From: Nitrosopumilus sp.
GTDB lineage: Archaea; Thermoproteota; Nitrososphaeria; Nitrososphaerales; Nitrosopumilaceae
DNA length: 64,000 bases
Direction of reading: 5' to 3'
Assembly: GCA_965238275.1 (NCBI GenBank)
Contig: OZ250186.1
Location: 160,001 to 224,000, forward strand
Made by a program: the position numbers and the translations under genes. How positions within the stretch are numbered: position 1 is the stretch's first letter; every line of letters begins with the position of its first letter. The notes under the pieces are model-generated. The model was not told the DNA's origin and did not search any database. It was given only the letters and a program-made list of their open reading frames with translations. Of the stretch, positions 48,668-58,911 are shown in pieces.

Positions 48668-50658
48668 TTCCCGCCCGAAGATGATTCAGGAGTGGCCTTC
48701 TTTCCAAGCACCTTGGCGATTCCGTGCCTTGCCTCTATGATTGGCAGGCAGATTATGAAGAATGCAGCCGTGCTTACCCACACCACCGATATTCCGACCC
48801 AGACGCTGTACGCAAAGACGTCAAAGACCATCCCGGATGCTATGAGGGGCATGGGCCATCCAATTATCAGGATAAGCGTCATGAGACCGCCGCCCTTGAG
48901 GCTGAACTTGAATGCCCTTTGCAGGGTCGCCTCGTCTTCGGCTACCCTGGCAGACTGGGTCGCGGAGAGCTCCACGAGGGTGATCTTCTCCTTGAGGTCT
49001 TTCCAGTCGAATTTGGTCTTTGTTGCAAGGCTTCCAAAGAGGGCTATGGCGCCGCCGGTCAGGATTCCTGCGATGTTTCCAAACAGCATGGAGTTGTTGT
49101 GGCCGAGGGTCGCAAGGCTGATCTCGCCGTTGGCCCCTGGCAGGGAGCCTGCAACGCTGACCCATGTTATCAGGGCCACCACGAGTCCGATGATTGCGCC
49201 GGCGGTGGCTGCAACCTTGTTGGTCCTCTTCCAGAGTATTGTGAGCGCGATTGGAATCACGGCAGAGCCGATCAGTATGCCCATTGCCAGATAGACGAAT
49301 CCCAGGCTCAGTCCCATGGCCAGTAGCATTACGGCCAGTCCGCCCATGCCTAACCCGAAGGCGACGATGGTGGCACGCGAGACCTTCACCAGCTGCTTGC
49401 CTGTGGCGCCGGGGTTCTTGTAGGTCCGGTAGATATCATATGTGATTAGCGACGATACTGCAATCAGTTCTGCAGAGCCTGCAGACGTGACTGCCATGAA
49501 CAGCATTGTAAGTACCATGATGGCACCCACCTCGCCCATCAGGGCCGTGGCAGCTGCCGGAACCACTAATCCGAGCTGCACCTGCTCTGGAGTAAGATCC
49601 ACATCAAGCGCGACTGCAGTGAGTCCCATGGTGGTGGCAAGCGTGAATGGAATTGCAAACCAGCATGCGCCCCCAAGGAGGAATCCCCTGACGGTGGAGG
49701 ACGGCTGGGCGGCAATTGCCCTCTGCCAGTACGCCTGGTCTACAAATACGGTTCCAAAGTTTCCGACGATATTGATGATACCAAACATCAGCCCTCCGAG
49801 GGATGCCATGGTCAGGAACGCGCCTCCGGCATTGCCTTCAATCGGCCTGAGATCTGCTGCGGCGACGAGCTTTTCATACATGCCCTCAACGCCGCCGGTG
49901 ATGTCGCTGTTGATGTACACGGCCGCCACGAAGGACAGGATTACAACGAATATGATAATGGTGTGCATATAGTCTGCAACGAACGTGGCCTTTAGTCCTC
50001 CGACCAGCGTGTATATCATGACCCCGATGGGTATGAGGAACGCTGCAAGCGATATGTCCATGCCGGTAAGGCCGTTGACCACTGCGGAGCCTCCAAGGAG
50101 AAGCATTGCAGTGACTATCATGTTGGTGGTAAGTGCAAAAACCAAAAAGACCTTGTGCGAGCCGTTTCCATACCTTGCACGAATGATCTCCAGGAACGTG
50201 TGTGCGTTTGGCGCCTTGCGCTTGAGTTCAATTGCCAGGATTCCAAACAGAAGAACCTGGATTGACGCGCCTGCGGCATACCAGAAGGGACCGCTGATCC
50301 CGTATTGGTATGCTACTGTGGATGACTGCAGAAGTGTTGCAGCCCATGTCCATGCAGAAACTATGGCTGCTGCTGTAAGGCCGGTCTTGATTGTCCTGCC
50401 GGCAGTGTTGAACATCTCGGATGTCTGGTTGACTCCCAGATACTTTTCCTCGATCTTTACCTCCGCAGATATGATGACGGCAAATACGGCACCGAGTCCC
50501 ACCACTATTGCCCAGCCAATCCATTCGGGCAGGGCCTCGCCAATGGCAAAACCTTCTGAGATCTCGCCTGCCGCAAAGACAGTCTGGGGTGCAATGGCAA
50601 AGACGGCGCCCAGAACGAAAAGCGGCAAAAATCTCTTAATCGTTCCAGCCATCATCAA
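48664..50658 (-). CDS. DUR3-type urea:Na+ solute symporter, copy 1
   Basis: SAWTWAATLLQS, GNFGTVFVDQAYWQRAIAA; next to urease cluster. Confidence 0.9.
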   Translation of the reverse strand: MMMAGTIKRFLPLFVLGAVFAIAPQTVFAAGEISEGFAIGEALPEWIGWAIVVGLGAVFAVIISAEVKIEEKYLGVNQTSEMFNTAGRTIKTGLTAAAIVSAWTWAATLLQSSTVAYQYGISGPFWYAAGASIQVLLFGILAIELKRKAPNAHTFLEIIRARYGNGSHKVFLVFALTTNMIVTAMLLLGGSAVVNGLTGMDISLAAFLIPIGVMIYTLVGGLKATFVADYMHTIIIFVVILSFVAAVYINSDITGGVEGMYEKLVAAADLRPIEGNAGGAFLTMASLGGLMFGIINIVGNFGTVFVDQAYWQRAIAAQPSSTVRGFLLGGACWFAIPFTLATTMGLTAVALDVDLTPEQVQLGLVVPAAATALMGEVGAIMVLTMLFMAVTSAGSAELIAVSSLITYDIYRTYKNPGATGKQLVKVSRATIVAFGLGMGGLAVMLLAMGLSLGFVYLAMGILIGSAVIPIALTILWKRTNKVAATAGAIIGLVVALITWVSVAGSLPGANGEISLATLGHNNSMLFGNIAGILTGGAIALFGSLATKTKFDWKDLKEKITLVELSATQSARVAEDEATLQRAFKFSLKGGGLMTLILIIGWPMPLIASGMVFDVFAYSVWVGISVVWVSTAAFFIICLPIIEARHGIAKVLGKKATPESSSGGK

Positions 50659-50692
50659 CTTGGATTAACGCCTCGGATTTACTTAGGAATTC

Positions 50693-50712
50693 AGAGACTT
50701 AGTCTCTTTAAA
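50693..50712 (-). promoter_or_regulatory. TATA box with adjacent perfect palindrome AGAGACT-T-AGTCTCT (copy at 56147-56166)
   Basis: 7-1-7 palindrome abutting TTTAAA ~35-55 bp upstream of the transporter start. Confidence 0.5.
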
Positions 50713-50784
50713 TAGCTGGAATTGTCGCCGTCCCAAAAATTCATCAGATGGCGCCATTTCAGTCTGGATGTCTTCCCGGTTGGT

Positions 50785-50962
50785 TCATTCCAGTAGATGT
50801 CGACTGAGTCATTCCAGTAGATGTCGGCTGGGTATCGTTCCGGCACCGATGTCATTCCAGTAGATGTCGACTGGAACACATTCTGGTCAGACATATTCCA
50901 GTTCGGACATCATTCGGGTCTGGTTTCATTCGAGTCTGGCTTCATTCCAGCAGATGTCGACT
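50785..50962. repeat. Cluster of four 22-bp repeats TCATTCCAGTAGATGTCGACTG
   Basis: Units at 50785, 50809, 50852, 50942; irregular spacing. Confidence 0.85.
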
Positions 50963-51374
50963 ATACAGGAACCATGCCCAGACAGCAGTCATTCTCCCTG
51001 AGATGCCCGGTTGCGGGAAGCCGTACAGGGGAGGTATGAGGGTTTGGCAGCTCAGACAAATGCCTTTTCGTCATCATTCAGACATAACTCTGATTCTTCA
51101 TTGCAGCCAGCATAACCAAGGACGCGCCCGCTTTAAAATCAATGGCACGCCTTCTGTACATATCAGGATCACCCACAGGACCAGGCAGGGTTATTTGTAG
51201 AATCGATCAGACAAATTGCGAGCAGGAGTGCATGAGGCTGGTTCCTCCAGGGAATGTCATCGGCCACTCCATTTCATGTGTGGAATTGGCTGTCGGTTAC
51301 CCGTTGGAGTATCATGGCACGCCATGGTGTGAGTTTTATCTGAACCGTCCGTGTGAAGGCAAAATCATAGGAGG

Positions 51375-52784
51375 TCAGCCCAGGATTGGATACGCCTCAT
51401 TGGGTTTGATGAGTGTGATTCTGTCAGTAACCTTGAGGTACTCCTCGGGGTGTTCGGTATGGACCGGAAAGAGCATTCCTGCACCAATATCATCTACCAT
51501 CTTCAGCATGTCCTGGCCCCTGGCGTGTCCTGAGCAGTGAATGTGGTGGTGGCGCATCTGAAACCTTTCAATCCAGTTGTCCAGTCTCTGTGTATTGAGG
51601 TTCTGCTCCTCGGTGTACGGCTCGCTTGCAGAATGGATGTAGACTACGCCCGGGCTAGGCTTCATGTCAATCAAGGCGTTAAAGCTGAAGAATCCTATTG
51701 CACACAGATAGCGGTCAGGATGGGAGGCAATCTGGGCTGCAGTCAGTGCGTTGGGAGAGGTGGCAAACATGCGATCACTTCCGTAATAGTCCAGATCAGA
51801 GTACGTCCCGGATCCCTGCTTGCCCTTGTAGACTGCTATGTGCTCGTCGTTCCAGTTAGGCAGGTTCAGGACAGGATCAGCAGAGAGGTTCCTCAAAAGA
51901 TAGCAGTCCTTGATCTTTATTACCAGTTTTCTTCCGTTTGCCCGGGCTACATTGTAAAATGTCCTGACGCGATCCACGTCCTTGAAGTTAAAGTCTGCAA
52001 GGATCAGGTTGCCGGTACCGGCAGCCAGGCTGTTTGATCGGTCATATACGATCTGCTCACTCTCGTCTGAGGATGCCTCGCCTAGCCGGGTTCCCTCTGC
52101 AATAAGGGCCACCGGTCTTGCCTCCCTGGCCTTTTCAACAAACTCCGCAGTCATCTGCGGTTTTGTGCCATGACTCCTCAGATCGCCGGTGTACACGACG
52201 GGCCCCTCCGAGGTGTATATGATGAACCCGTATGCGCCGGGAACGGAATGATCCACATGGATCGGCTCGATCTCCAGCGAGCCTATTTTGAATTTGTCCC
52301 CCGTCCGGAACGTGTTGACGGTTCTCTGAATCTTTTGGTTGCTCTTATGCGCACCCACCAGATGGTACTCCAGAATCTCCTCGTCTATGGCATTGCGGGA
52401 GCGCTCCTGCATGGCCTGGATCATGTTTTTGGTGACCTCCCCCATGTACAGCGGTATGTCGCGGTGCAGAAACGACGCATAGTTGATGTGATCTGCGTGA
52501 GCATGTGAGAACAGTACTGCGTCAACCTCGGGGGATTTTATCTCCCTGCCTGCCCGGAACATCAGGTCGTCCCGGTATATTCCCGGTATGTCAGGAACCA
52601 GCCCCATGGTGATAAAGTCCAGGATTCCGTTTGACCAGCGCGGTGCAAGGTATCCTCCAAAATATCTCTCCATGGAGGAGAAGCTCTTTCCAAAATCCAG
52701 GAATATTCGGGTGTCCCCGTCCTCAAGAAGTATCTTGTTGCCCCCTATCTCGTTTACCCCGCCGTAAAATGTCAAAGAGACCAT
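51375..52784 (-). CDS. MBL-fold/beta-CASP hydrolase (RNase J-like)
   Basis: GGVNEIGGN, SHAHADH, VDHSVPGA, YTGD, HCSGHA, PVHTE. Confidence 0.85.
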   Translation of the reverse strand: MVSLTFYGGVNEIGGNKILLEDGDTRIFLDFGKSFSSMERYFGGYLAPRWSNGILDFITMGLVPDIPGIYRDDLMFRAGREIKSPEVDAVLFSHAHADHINYASFLHRDIPLYMGEVTKNMIQAMQERSRNAIDEEILEYHLVGAHKSNQKIQRTVNTFRTGDKFKIGSLEIEPIHVDHSVPGAYGFIIYTSEGPVVYTGDLRSHGTKPQMTAEFVEKAREARPVALIAEGTRLGEASSDESEQIVYDRSNSLAAGTGNLILADFNFKDVDRVRTFYNVARANGRKLVIKIKDCYLLRNLSADPVLNLPNWNDEHIAVYKGKQGSGTYSDLDYYGSDRMFATSPNALTAAQIASHPDRYLCAIGFFSFNALIDMKPSPGVVYIHSASEPYTEEQNLNTQRLDNWIERFQMRHHHIHCSGHARGQDMLKMVDDIGAGMLFPVHTEHPEEYLKVTDRITLIKPNEAYPILG

Positions 52785-53111
52785 GTCATACCCATAGGCG
52801 CTGCATCAAGTTAAAATGATTGTGATGGCTCGACAGGGAACCGTTTCAGGGTCAGACTGCGGCACATTTCAGACTGCAACATACCAGGATGTGGGGGAGT
52901 CATATGCAAAAGTGTGCATTGCAGGTGCGGTGTCTTTTGCGGCATCGTGGACTTTTCTGAACACCCCGACAGGCCTGAACCGGGCTTTCATCCAATTCCT
53001 TCCGGAATGGCCGGAGTACTTGCTGTGACCCCTGCCGGATCCTTGGCATCAGATGATGCCTTTACCTGAGGCCGGCGTCGGGCATAAATACCAAAAAAAC
53101 AAGGCAATATC

Positions 53112-53300
53112 ATGGATAAACAGATGGTAATAATCGGGGCCATAACAGTCGCCATCGGCCTTACATTCCTTGGATACAACTTTCTGGATCCCACAACCGA
53201 GCAGTTCCTGATAGGCACTGCCATCTGGGCGGTAGGTCAGGTTGCATTGATTCTAGGTCTGACAGTATTCAGAAGGGAAGAAGGACTGAATATGCACTAG
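53112..53300 (+). CDS. Small two-TM membrane protein
   Basis: Two hydrophobic segments; TATA-like ATAAATA upstream. Confidence 0.6.
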   Translation: MDKQMVIIGAITVAIGLTFLGYNFLDPTTEQFLIGTAIWAVGQVALILGLTVFRREEGLNMH

Positions 53301-53479
53301 CAAGCTGCTGCTGCTGCTGCCTTGACAGAACCCACCTTGGACAGCCATCTGAACTGGTTTTGGATCAGATGATGCCTTGTGGTCAAGCTACATGTTTACC
53401 AGCAGTATTATTGCAGCACAGACTCCCATCAACGCCAGCATGTACTTGCGGTATTTGGGATTGCTTGTTCTCATCATAT

Positions 53480-54121
53480 CTACGTGCAGCATGGAGTCTT
53501 GCTCAGTCCATCTCCATGATATTTCAGGACCGAAGTTTTCGCACTAGGAGGGATGGGAGGCATGGTGACAGACAGCGCGGTGGCAGACATAAACGGGTTG
53601 TATGTGATGCTCTGGTTGGCGAATCGGCCCGTCGACTTGCCCAGTATCAGGTTGCGCACCTTGACCATCTTGCGTGCCAGTATGAATCCTCCGCCTGACA
53701 TGCAGCTTCCTATTATTACGTGCAGCAGGCTGGAGTCTTGCTGAGGGGCAACCAGCAGGACATAGACAAATCCGGCGATCATCAGCAAGACCCCAAATGC
53801 CGCAAAGATTGCCATCATCATGGGAATTCTAGGGGGGATGGGAGGCAGTCCGTCTGGAGGACGATCGATGAATCGCGCGTCCTTGCAGACATTGCAGCAG
53901 CGTCTCTGCTTTTTTTCATGCCATACGGACTCTAGGAAATAAAATTCTTGATGACATGAGCTGCACGCGGTTTTTGGCATGGTTACCCTTCCATGGTCGT
54001 CAAAGTCCTGGCCTATCCTCTTCATGCACTCCTTGCAAAAGTACCCGCGGACGCGCCACTGCTTTTGAAAGTTGTACTTTTTCCAACCCAGCGGAACGTT
54101 GCAGCCTGAACAGGAAGTCAT
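53480..54121 (-). CDS. Zn-finger membrane protein, longer copy
   Basis: Four CxxC pairs + two TM helices; ATGA overlap with transporter. Confidence 0.7.
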   Translation of the reverse strand: MTSCSGCNVPLGWKKYNFQKQWRVRGYFCKECMKRIGQDFDDHGRVTMPKTACSSCHQEFYFLESVWHEKKQRRCCNVCKDARFIDRPPDGLPPIPPRIPMMMAIFAAFGVLLMIAGFVYVLLVAPQQDSSLLHVIIGSCMSGGGFILARKMVKVRNLILGKSTGRFANQSITYNPFMSATALSVTMPPIPPSAKTSVLKYHGDGLSKTPCCT

Positions 54122-56112
54122 TTCCCGCCCGAAGATGATTCAGGAGTGGCCTTCTTTCCAAGCACCTTGGCGATTCCGTGCCTTGCCTCTATGATTGGCA
54201 GGCAGATTATGAAGAATGCAGCCGTGCTTACCCACACCACCGATATTCCGACCCAGACGCTGTACGCAAAGACGTCAAAGACCATCCCGGATGCTATGAG
54301 GGGCATGGGCCATCCAATTATCAGGATAAGCGTCATGAGACCGCCGCCCTTGAGGCTGAACTTGAATGCCCTTTGCAGGGTCGCCTCGTCTTCGGCTACC
54401 CTGGCAGACTGGGTCGCGGAGAGCTCCACGAGGGTGATCTTCTCCTTGAGGTCTTTCCAGTCGAATTTGGTCTTTGTTGCAAGGCTTCCAAAGAGGGCTA
54501 TGGCGCCGCCGGTCAGGATTCCTGCGATGTTTCCAAACAGCATGGAGTTGTTGTGGCCGAGGGTCGCAAGGCTGATCTCGCCGTTGGCCCCTGGCAGGGA
54601 GCCTGCAACGCTGACCCATGTTATCAGGGCCACCACGAGTCCGATGATTGCGCCGGCGGTGGCTGCAACCTTGTTGGTCCTCTTCCAGAGTATTGTGAGC
54701 GCGATTGGAATCACGGCAGAGCCGATCAGTATGCCCATTGCCAGATAGACGAATCCCAGGCTCAGTCCCATGGCCAGTAGCATTACGGCCAGTCCGCCCA
54801 TGCCTAACCCGAAGGCGACGATGGTGGCACGCGAGACCTTCACCAGCTGCTTGCCTGTGGCGCCGGGGTTCTTGTAGGTCCGGTAGATATCATATGTGAT
54901 TAGCGACGATACTGCAATCAGTTCTGCAGAGCCTGCAGACGTGACTGCCATGAACAGCATTGTAAGTACCATGATGGCACCCACCTCGCCCATCAGGGCC
55001 GTGGCAGCTGCCGGAACCACTAATCCGAGCTGCACCTGCTCTGGAGTAAGATCCACATCAAGCGCGACTGCAGTGAGTCCCATGGTGGTGGCAAGCGTGA
55101 ATGGAATTGCAAACCAGCATGCGCCCCCAAGGAGGAATCCCCTGACGGTGGAGGACGGCTGGGCGGCAATTGCCCTCTGCCAGTACGCCTGGTCTACAAA
55201 TACGGTTCCAAAGTTTCCGACGATATTGATGATACCAAACATCAGCCCTCCGAGGGATGCCATGGTCAGGAACGCGCCTCCGGCATTGCCTTCAATCGGC
55301 CTGAGATCTGCTGCGGCGACGAGCTTTTCATACATGCCCTCAACGCCGCCGGTGATGTCGCTGTTGATGTACACGGCCGCCACGAAGGACAGGATTACAA
55401 CGAATATGATAATGGTGTGCATATAGTCTGCAACGAACGTGGCCTTTAGTCCTCCGACCAGCGTGTATATCATGACCCCGATGGGTATGAGGAACGCTGC
55501 AAGCGATATGTCCATGCCGGTAAGGCCGTTGACCACTGCGGAGCCTCCAAGGAGAAGCATTGCAGTGACTATCATGTTGGTGGTAAGTGCAAAAACCAAA
55601 AAGACCTTGTGCGAGCCGTTTCCATACCTTGCACGAATGATCTCCAGGAACGTGTGTGCGTTTGGCGCCTTGCGCTTGAGTTCAATTGCCAGGATTCCAA
55701 ACAGAAGAACCTGGATTGACGCGCCTGCGGCATACCAGAAGGGACCGCTGATCCCGTATTGGTATGCTACTGTGGATGACTGCAGAAGTGTTGCAGCCCA
55801 TGTCCATGCAGAAACTATGGCTGCTGCTGTAAGGCCGGTCTTGATTGTCCTGCCGGCAGTGTTGAACATCTCGGATGTCTGGTTGACTCCCAGATACTTT
55901 TCCTCGATCTTTACCTCCGCAGATATGATGACGGCAAATACGGCACCGAGTCCCACCACTATTGCCCAGCCAATCCATTCGGGCAGGGCCTCGCCAATGG
56001 CAAAACCTTCTGAGATCTCGCCTGCCGCAAAGACAGTCTGGGGTGCAATGGCAAAGACGGCGCCCAGAACGAAAAGCGGCAAAAATCTCTTAATCGTTCC
56101 AGCCATCATCAA
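54118..56112 (-). CDS. DUR3-type urea:Na+ solute symporter, copy 2 (identical protein)
   Basis: Same 664-aa translation as 48664-50658. Confidence 0.9.
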   Translation of the reverse strand: MMMAGTIKRFLPLFVLGAVFAIAPQTVFAAGEISEGFAIGEALPEWIGWAIVVGLGAVFAVIISAEVKIEEKYLGVNQTSEMFNTAGRTIKTGLTAAAIVSAWTWAATLLQSSTVAYQYGISGPFWYAAGASIQVLLFGILAIELKRKAPNAHTFLEIIRARYGNGSHKVFLVFALTTNMIVTAMLLLGGSAVVNGLTGMDISLAAFLIPIGVMIYTLVGGLKATFVADYMHTIIIFVVILSFVAAVYINSDITGGVEGMYEKLVAAADLRPIEGNAGGAFLTMASLGGLMFGIINIVGNFGTVFVDQAYWQRAIAAQPSSTVRGFLLGGACWFAIPFTLATTMGLTAVALDVDLTPEQVQLGLVVPAAATALMGEVGAIMVLTMLFMAVTSAGSAELIAVSSLITYDIYRTYKNPGATGKQLVKVSRATIVAFGLGMGGLAVMLLAMGLSLGFVYLAMGILIGSAVIPIALTILWKRTNKVAATAGAIIGLVVALITWVSVAGSLPGANGEISLATLGHNNSMLFGNIAGILTGGAIALFGSLATKTKFDWKDLKEKITLVELSATQSARVAEDEATLQRAFKFSLKGGGLMTLILIIGWPMPLIASGMVFDVFAYSVWVGISVVWVSTAAFFIICLPIIEARHGIAKVLGKKATPESSSGGK

Positions 56113-56238
56113 CTTGGATTAACGCCTCGGATTTACTTAGGAATTCAGAGACTTAGTCTCTTTAAATAGCTGGAATTGTCGCCGTCCCAAAAATTCATCA
56201 GATGGCGCCATTTCAGTCCGGATGTCTTCCCGGTTGGT

Positions 56239-56374
56239 TCATTCCAGTAGATGTCGACTGAGTCATTCCAGTAGATGTCGGCTGGAACGCATTCTGATCC
56301 GGCATATTCCAGTTCGGACATCATTCGAGTCTGGCTTCATTCGAGTCTGGCTTCATTCCAGTAGATGTCGACTG
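56239..56374. repeat. Cluster of three 22-bp repeats TCATTCCAGTAGATGTCGACTG
   Basis: Units at 56239, 56263, 56353. Confidence 0.85.
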
Positions 56375-56472
56375 TACAGGCATGAAGGGAATCATGGACG
56401 CCCCACAGTGTAGAGAACCATCATCCAATCAAGGATGCCTGAAGGGCCTTCCCAACATGACACACAGCAGTC

Positions 56473-58185
56473 TCAGTAGAGGTTGTACAGCCGGGACAGG
56501 GACAGTTTCTCAGACGGGTTGACTGTTGCAATCTTTCCATCCACCTTGACTTCGTATGTCTCGGGGTTGATCTCAATGTCCGGAGTCAGGTCGTTGTGGA
56601 CCATGTCCTTCTTTCCTATGGTACGGCAGTTCCGTACCGGAACGAGTCTCTTTTTGATGTTTATCTTGGATTCAAGTCCCTTCTCAAGCGCAAGGCCGGA
56701 TGTAAACGTCACGGATGTGGAGTGTTTTGCGCTGCCAAGCGCGCCAAACATTGGCCGGTAGTAGACAGGCTCCGTGGTGGGTATGGACGCGTTTGGATCG
56801 CCCATCAGCGAGTACGCTATGAATCCGCCCTTGATTATCATCTTGGGCTTTATTCCAAAGAACTGCGGGGTCCACACCACGATGTCTGCCAGTCGTCCAG
56901 GCTGCAGGGATCCCACATGCCCGGATATCCCGTGTGTGATGGCAGGGTTTATCGTGATCTTGGCCAGGTACCGTTTGACGCGCAGGTTGTCGTTGTCGCC
57001 TGTCTCCCCGGGAAGGCGCCCGGTCATCTTCTTCATCTTGTCGGCAGTCTGCCAGTTCCGTGTAGTGACCTCGCCTACGCGTCCCATCGCCTGGCTGTCA
57101 GAGGACATCATGCTTAGGGCGCCTATGTCGTGCAGGATGTCTTCTGCGGCGATGGTCTCCCCCCGGATTCTTGACTCTGCAAAGGAGACATCCTCGGGAA
57201 CCGACGAGTTGAGGTGGTGACACACCATCATCATGTCCAGATGTTCTGCAAGCGTGTTGACTGTAAACGGCCTTGTGGGGTTGGTTGACGACGGAAGGAC
57301 GTTTGCCTCGCCTGCAATCCTCATGATGTCAGGCGCATGCCCTCCCCCCGCGCCTTCGGTATGATACGTGTGGATGGTCCTGCCTGCTATTGCCTCTATG
57401 GTATCGTCTACAAAGCCGCACTCGTTGAGCGTGTCAGTGTGAATTGCAACCTGGGTGTCAGTCTTGTCTGCCACCCTCAGCGCAGAATCAATCGTGGCAG
57501 GAGTCGTTCCCCAGTCCTCGTGAAGCTTCAGGCCGCACGCGCCTGCCTCGACCTGTTCAATCAGGGCAGCCTCCTGGGAGTCGTTGCCCTTGCACAGGAA
57601 CCCAAAGTTCAGCGGAAACTCCTCGACTGCCTCCATCATCCGGTGAATGTTCCATGCCCCCGGAGTGCACGTGGTGGCGTTGGTCCCGTCTGCAGGCCCC
57701 GTGCCGCCGCCGATCATGGTGGTCGTGCCGTTGCATATGGCATCGATTGCCTGCTGGGGGGAGATGAAGTGGATGTGCGAGTCTATTGTTCCCGGCGTGC
57801 AGATCGTGTGCTCCCCTGCAATAACTTCGGTGTTTGAGGATATTATCATGTCCACCCCGTCCATTACGTTGGGGTTTCCGGCGTTTCCTATTCCTACAAT
57901 CACGCCGTCCTTTATCCCGATATCGCCCTTGATTATGCCCAGGATGGGATCCATAATCATCGCGTTGGTAATTACAAGATCAAGGGAGTTGTCCCGTGTG
58001 ACGCCGCTTGCCTGCGCGAGTCCGTCCCTGGCACTCTTTCCGCCCCCAAAGACTGTCTCATCACCATACCGGATAAGATCCCGTTCAATCTCTATGATAA
58101 GATCGGTGTCTGCAAGGCGGATCCTGTCTCCGGTGGTCGGACCGAAGAGCTCTGCGTACCTGTTTCTTGGAATGATCAGCGTCAC
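56473..58185 (-). CDS. ureC: Urease alpha subunit
   Basis: [46 protein letters not shown]. Confidence 0.97.
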   Translation of the reverse strand: MTLIIPRNRYAELFGPTTGDRIRLADTDLIIEIERDLIRYGDETVFGGGKSARDGLAQASGVTRDNSLDLVITNAMIMDPILGIIKGDIGIKDGVIVGIGNAGNPNVMDGVDMIISSNTEVIAGEHTICTPGTIDSHIHFISPQQAIDAICNGTTTMIGGGTGPADGTNATTCTPGAWNIHRMMEAVEEFPLNFGFLCKGNDSQEAALIEQVEAGACGLKLHEDWGTTPATIDSALRVADKTDTQVAIHTDTLNECGFVDDTIEAIAGRTIHTYHTEGAGGGHAPDIMRIAGEANVLPSSTNPTRPFTVNTLAEHLDMMMVCHHLNSSVPEDVSFAESRIRGETIAAEDILHDIGALSMMSSDSQAMGRVGEVTTRNWQTADKMKKMTGRLPGETGDNDNLRVKRYLAKITINPAITHGISGHVGSLQPGRLADIVVWTPQFFGIKPKMIIKGGFIAYSLMGDPNASIPTTEPVYYRPMFGALGSAKHSTSVTFTSGLALEKGLESKINIKKRLVPVRNCRTIGKKDMVHNDLTPDIEINPETYEVKVDGKIATVNPSEKLSLSRLYNLY

Positions 58186-58559
58186 GCATCTGCCCCCTTG
58201 AATCCCTTCTTGCGGGCCCTGGCCATTGCCTCATCCCTCATGACATCCAGAGGACCGTTGACAAGTCCGCTGAACCCAAAGACTATCCGGGTCCCGCCAT
58301 ACTCGGTAAGCTCCACGTCACGCGAGTCGCCGGGCTCAAACCTTATCGAGGTTCCGGCAGGAATGTTGAGGTGGAATCCGTAGGCTGCGCTGCGCTGAAA
58401 CGACAGCGCCTTGTTGACCTCAAAAAAGTGCGTATGCGAGCCCACCTGGACTGGCCTGTCTCCGGTATTGGTCACGCGGACTGACACGGTGGCCTTTCCG
58501 TCGTTTGCGCAGATGTCCCCGTCAGATATTATGTATTGGCCAGGCTTCATGGACACCAT
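58182..58559 (-). CDS. ureB: Urease beta subunit
   Basis: [28 protein letters not shown]. Confidence 0.95.
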   Translation of the reverse strand: MVSMKPGQYIISDGDICANDGKATVSVRVTNTGDRPVQVGSHTHFFEVNKALSFQRSAAYGFHLNIPAGTSIRFEPGDSRDVELTEYGGTRIVFGFSGLVNGPLDVMRDEAMARARKKGFKGADA

Positions 58560-58861
58560 CACACTATCGGATCGTGCACCGTTACCAGTTTCGTCCCGTC
58601 CTCAAATGTAGCCTCCACCTGTATGGAGTGGATAAGATCAGTAACCCCGGGCAGCACGTCGTCTTTTGACAGGACGCCCCTTCCGGAGCTCATCAGCTCG
58701 GGTACCGACCTGCCGTCGCGCGCGCCCTCTAGGATATAATCAGTGATTAGTGCAACTGCCTCCGGATGGTTTAGCTTGAGCCCCCTGTCCTTTCTCCTCT
58801 GCGCAAGCTGTGCGGCCAGAAAGATGTACAGCTTGTCCATCTCTCTGGGGGTAAGCATCAT
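58559..58861 (-). CDS. ureA: Urease gamma subunit
   Basis: [36 protein letters not shown]. Confidence 0.95.
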   Translation of the reverse strand: MMLTPREMDKLYIFLAAQLAQRRKDRGLKLNHPEAVALITDYILEGARDGRSVPELMSSGRGVLSKDDVLPGVTDLIHSIQVEATFEDGTKLVTVHDPIV

Positions 58862-58911
58862 TGAACCAGCTATCAACCGAACGTATTTAATAATTAAGGC
58901 AGCAGCCCACA

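Larger units (their letters stand above)
48179..50969. repeat. Segmental duplication copy A (copy B 53633-56380)
   Basis: Offset 5454 bp; essentially identical over 48179-50831, more diverged over the last ~100 bp. Confidence 0.92.

Noticed and set aside
50785-56374. Calling the 22-bp repeat clusters bona fide CRISPR arrays
   Set aside because: Spacers irregular (2-68 nt) and partly repeat-derived; no cas genes or clear leader; kept only as a CRISPR-like finding
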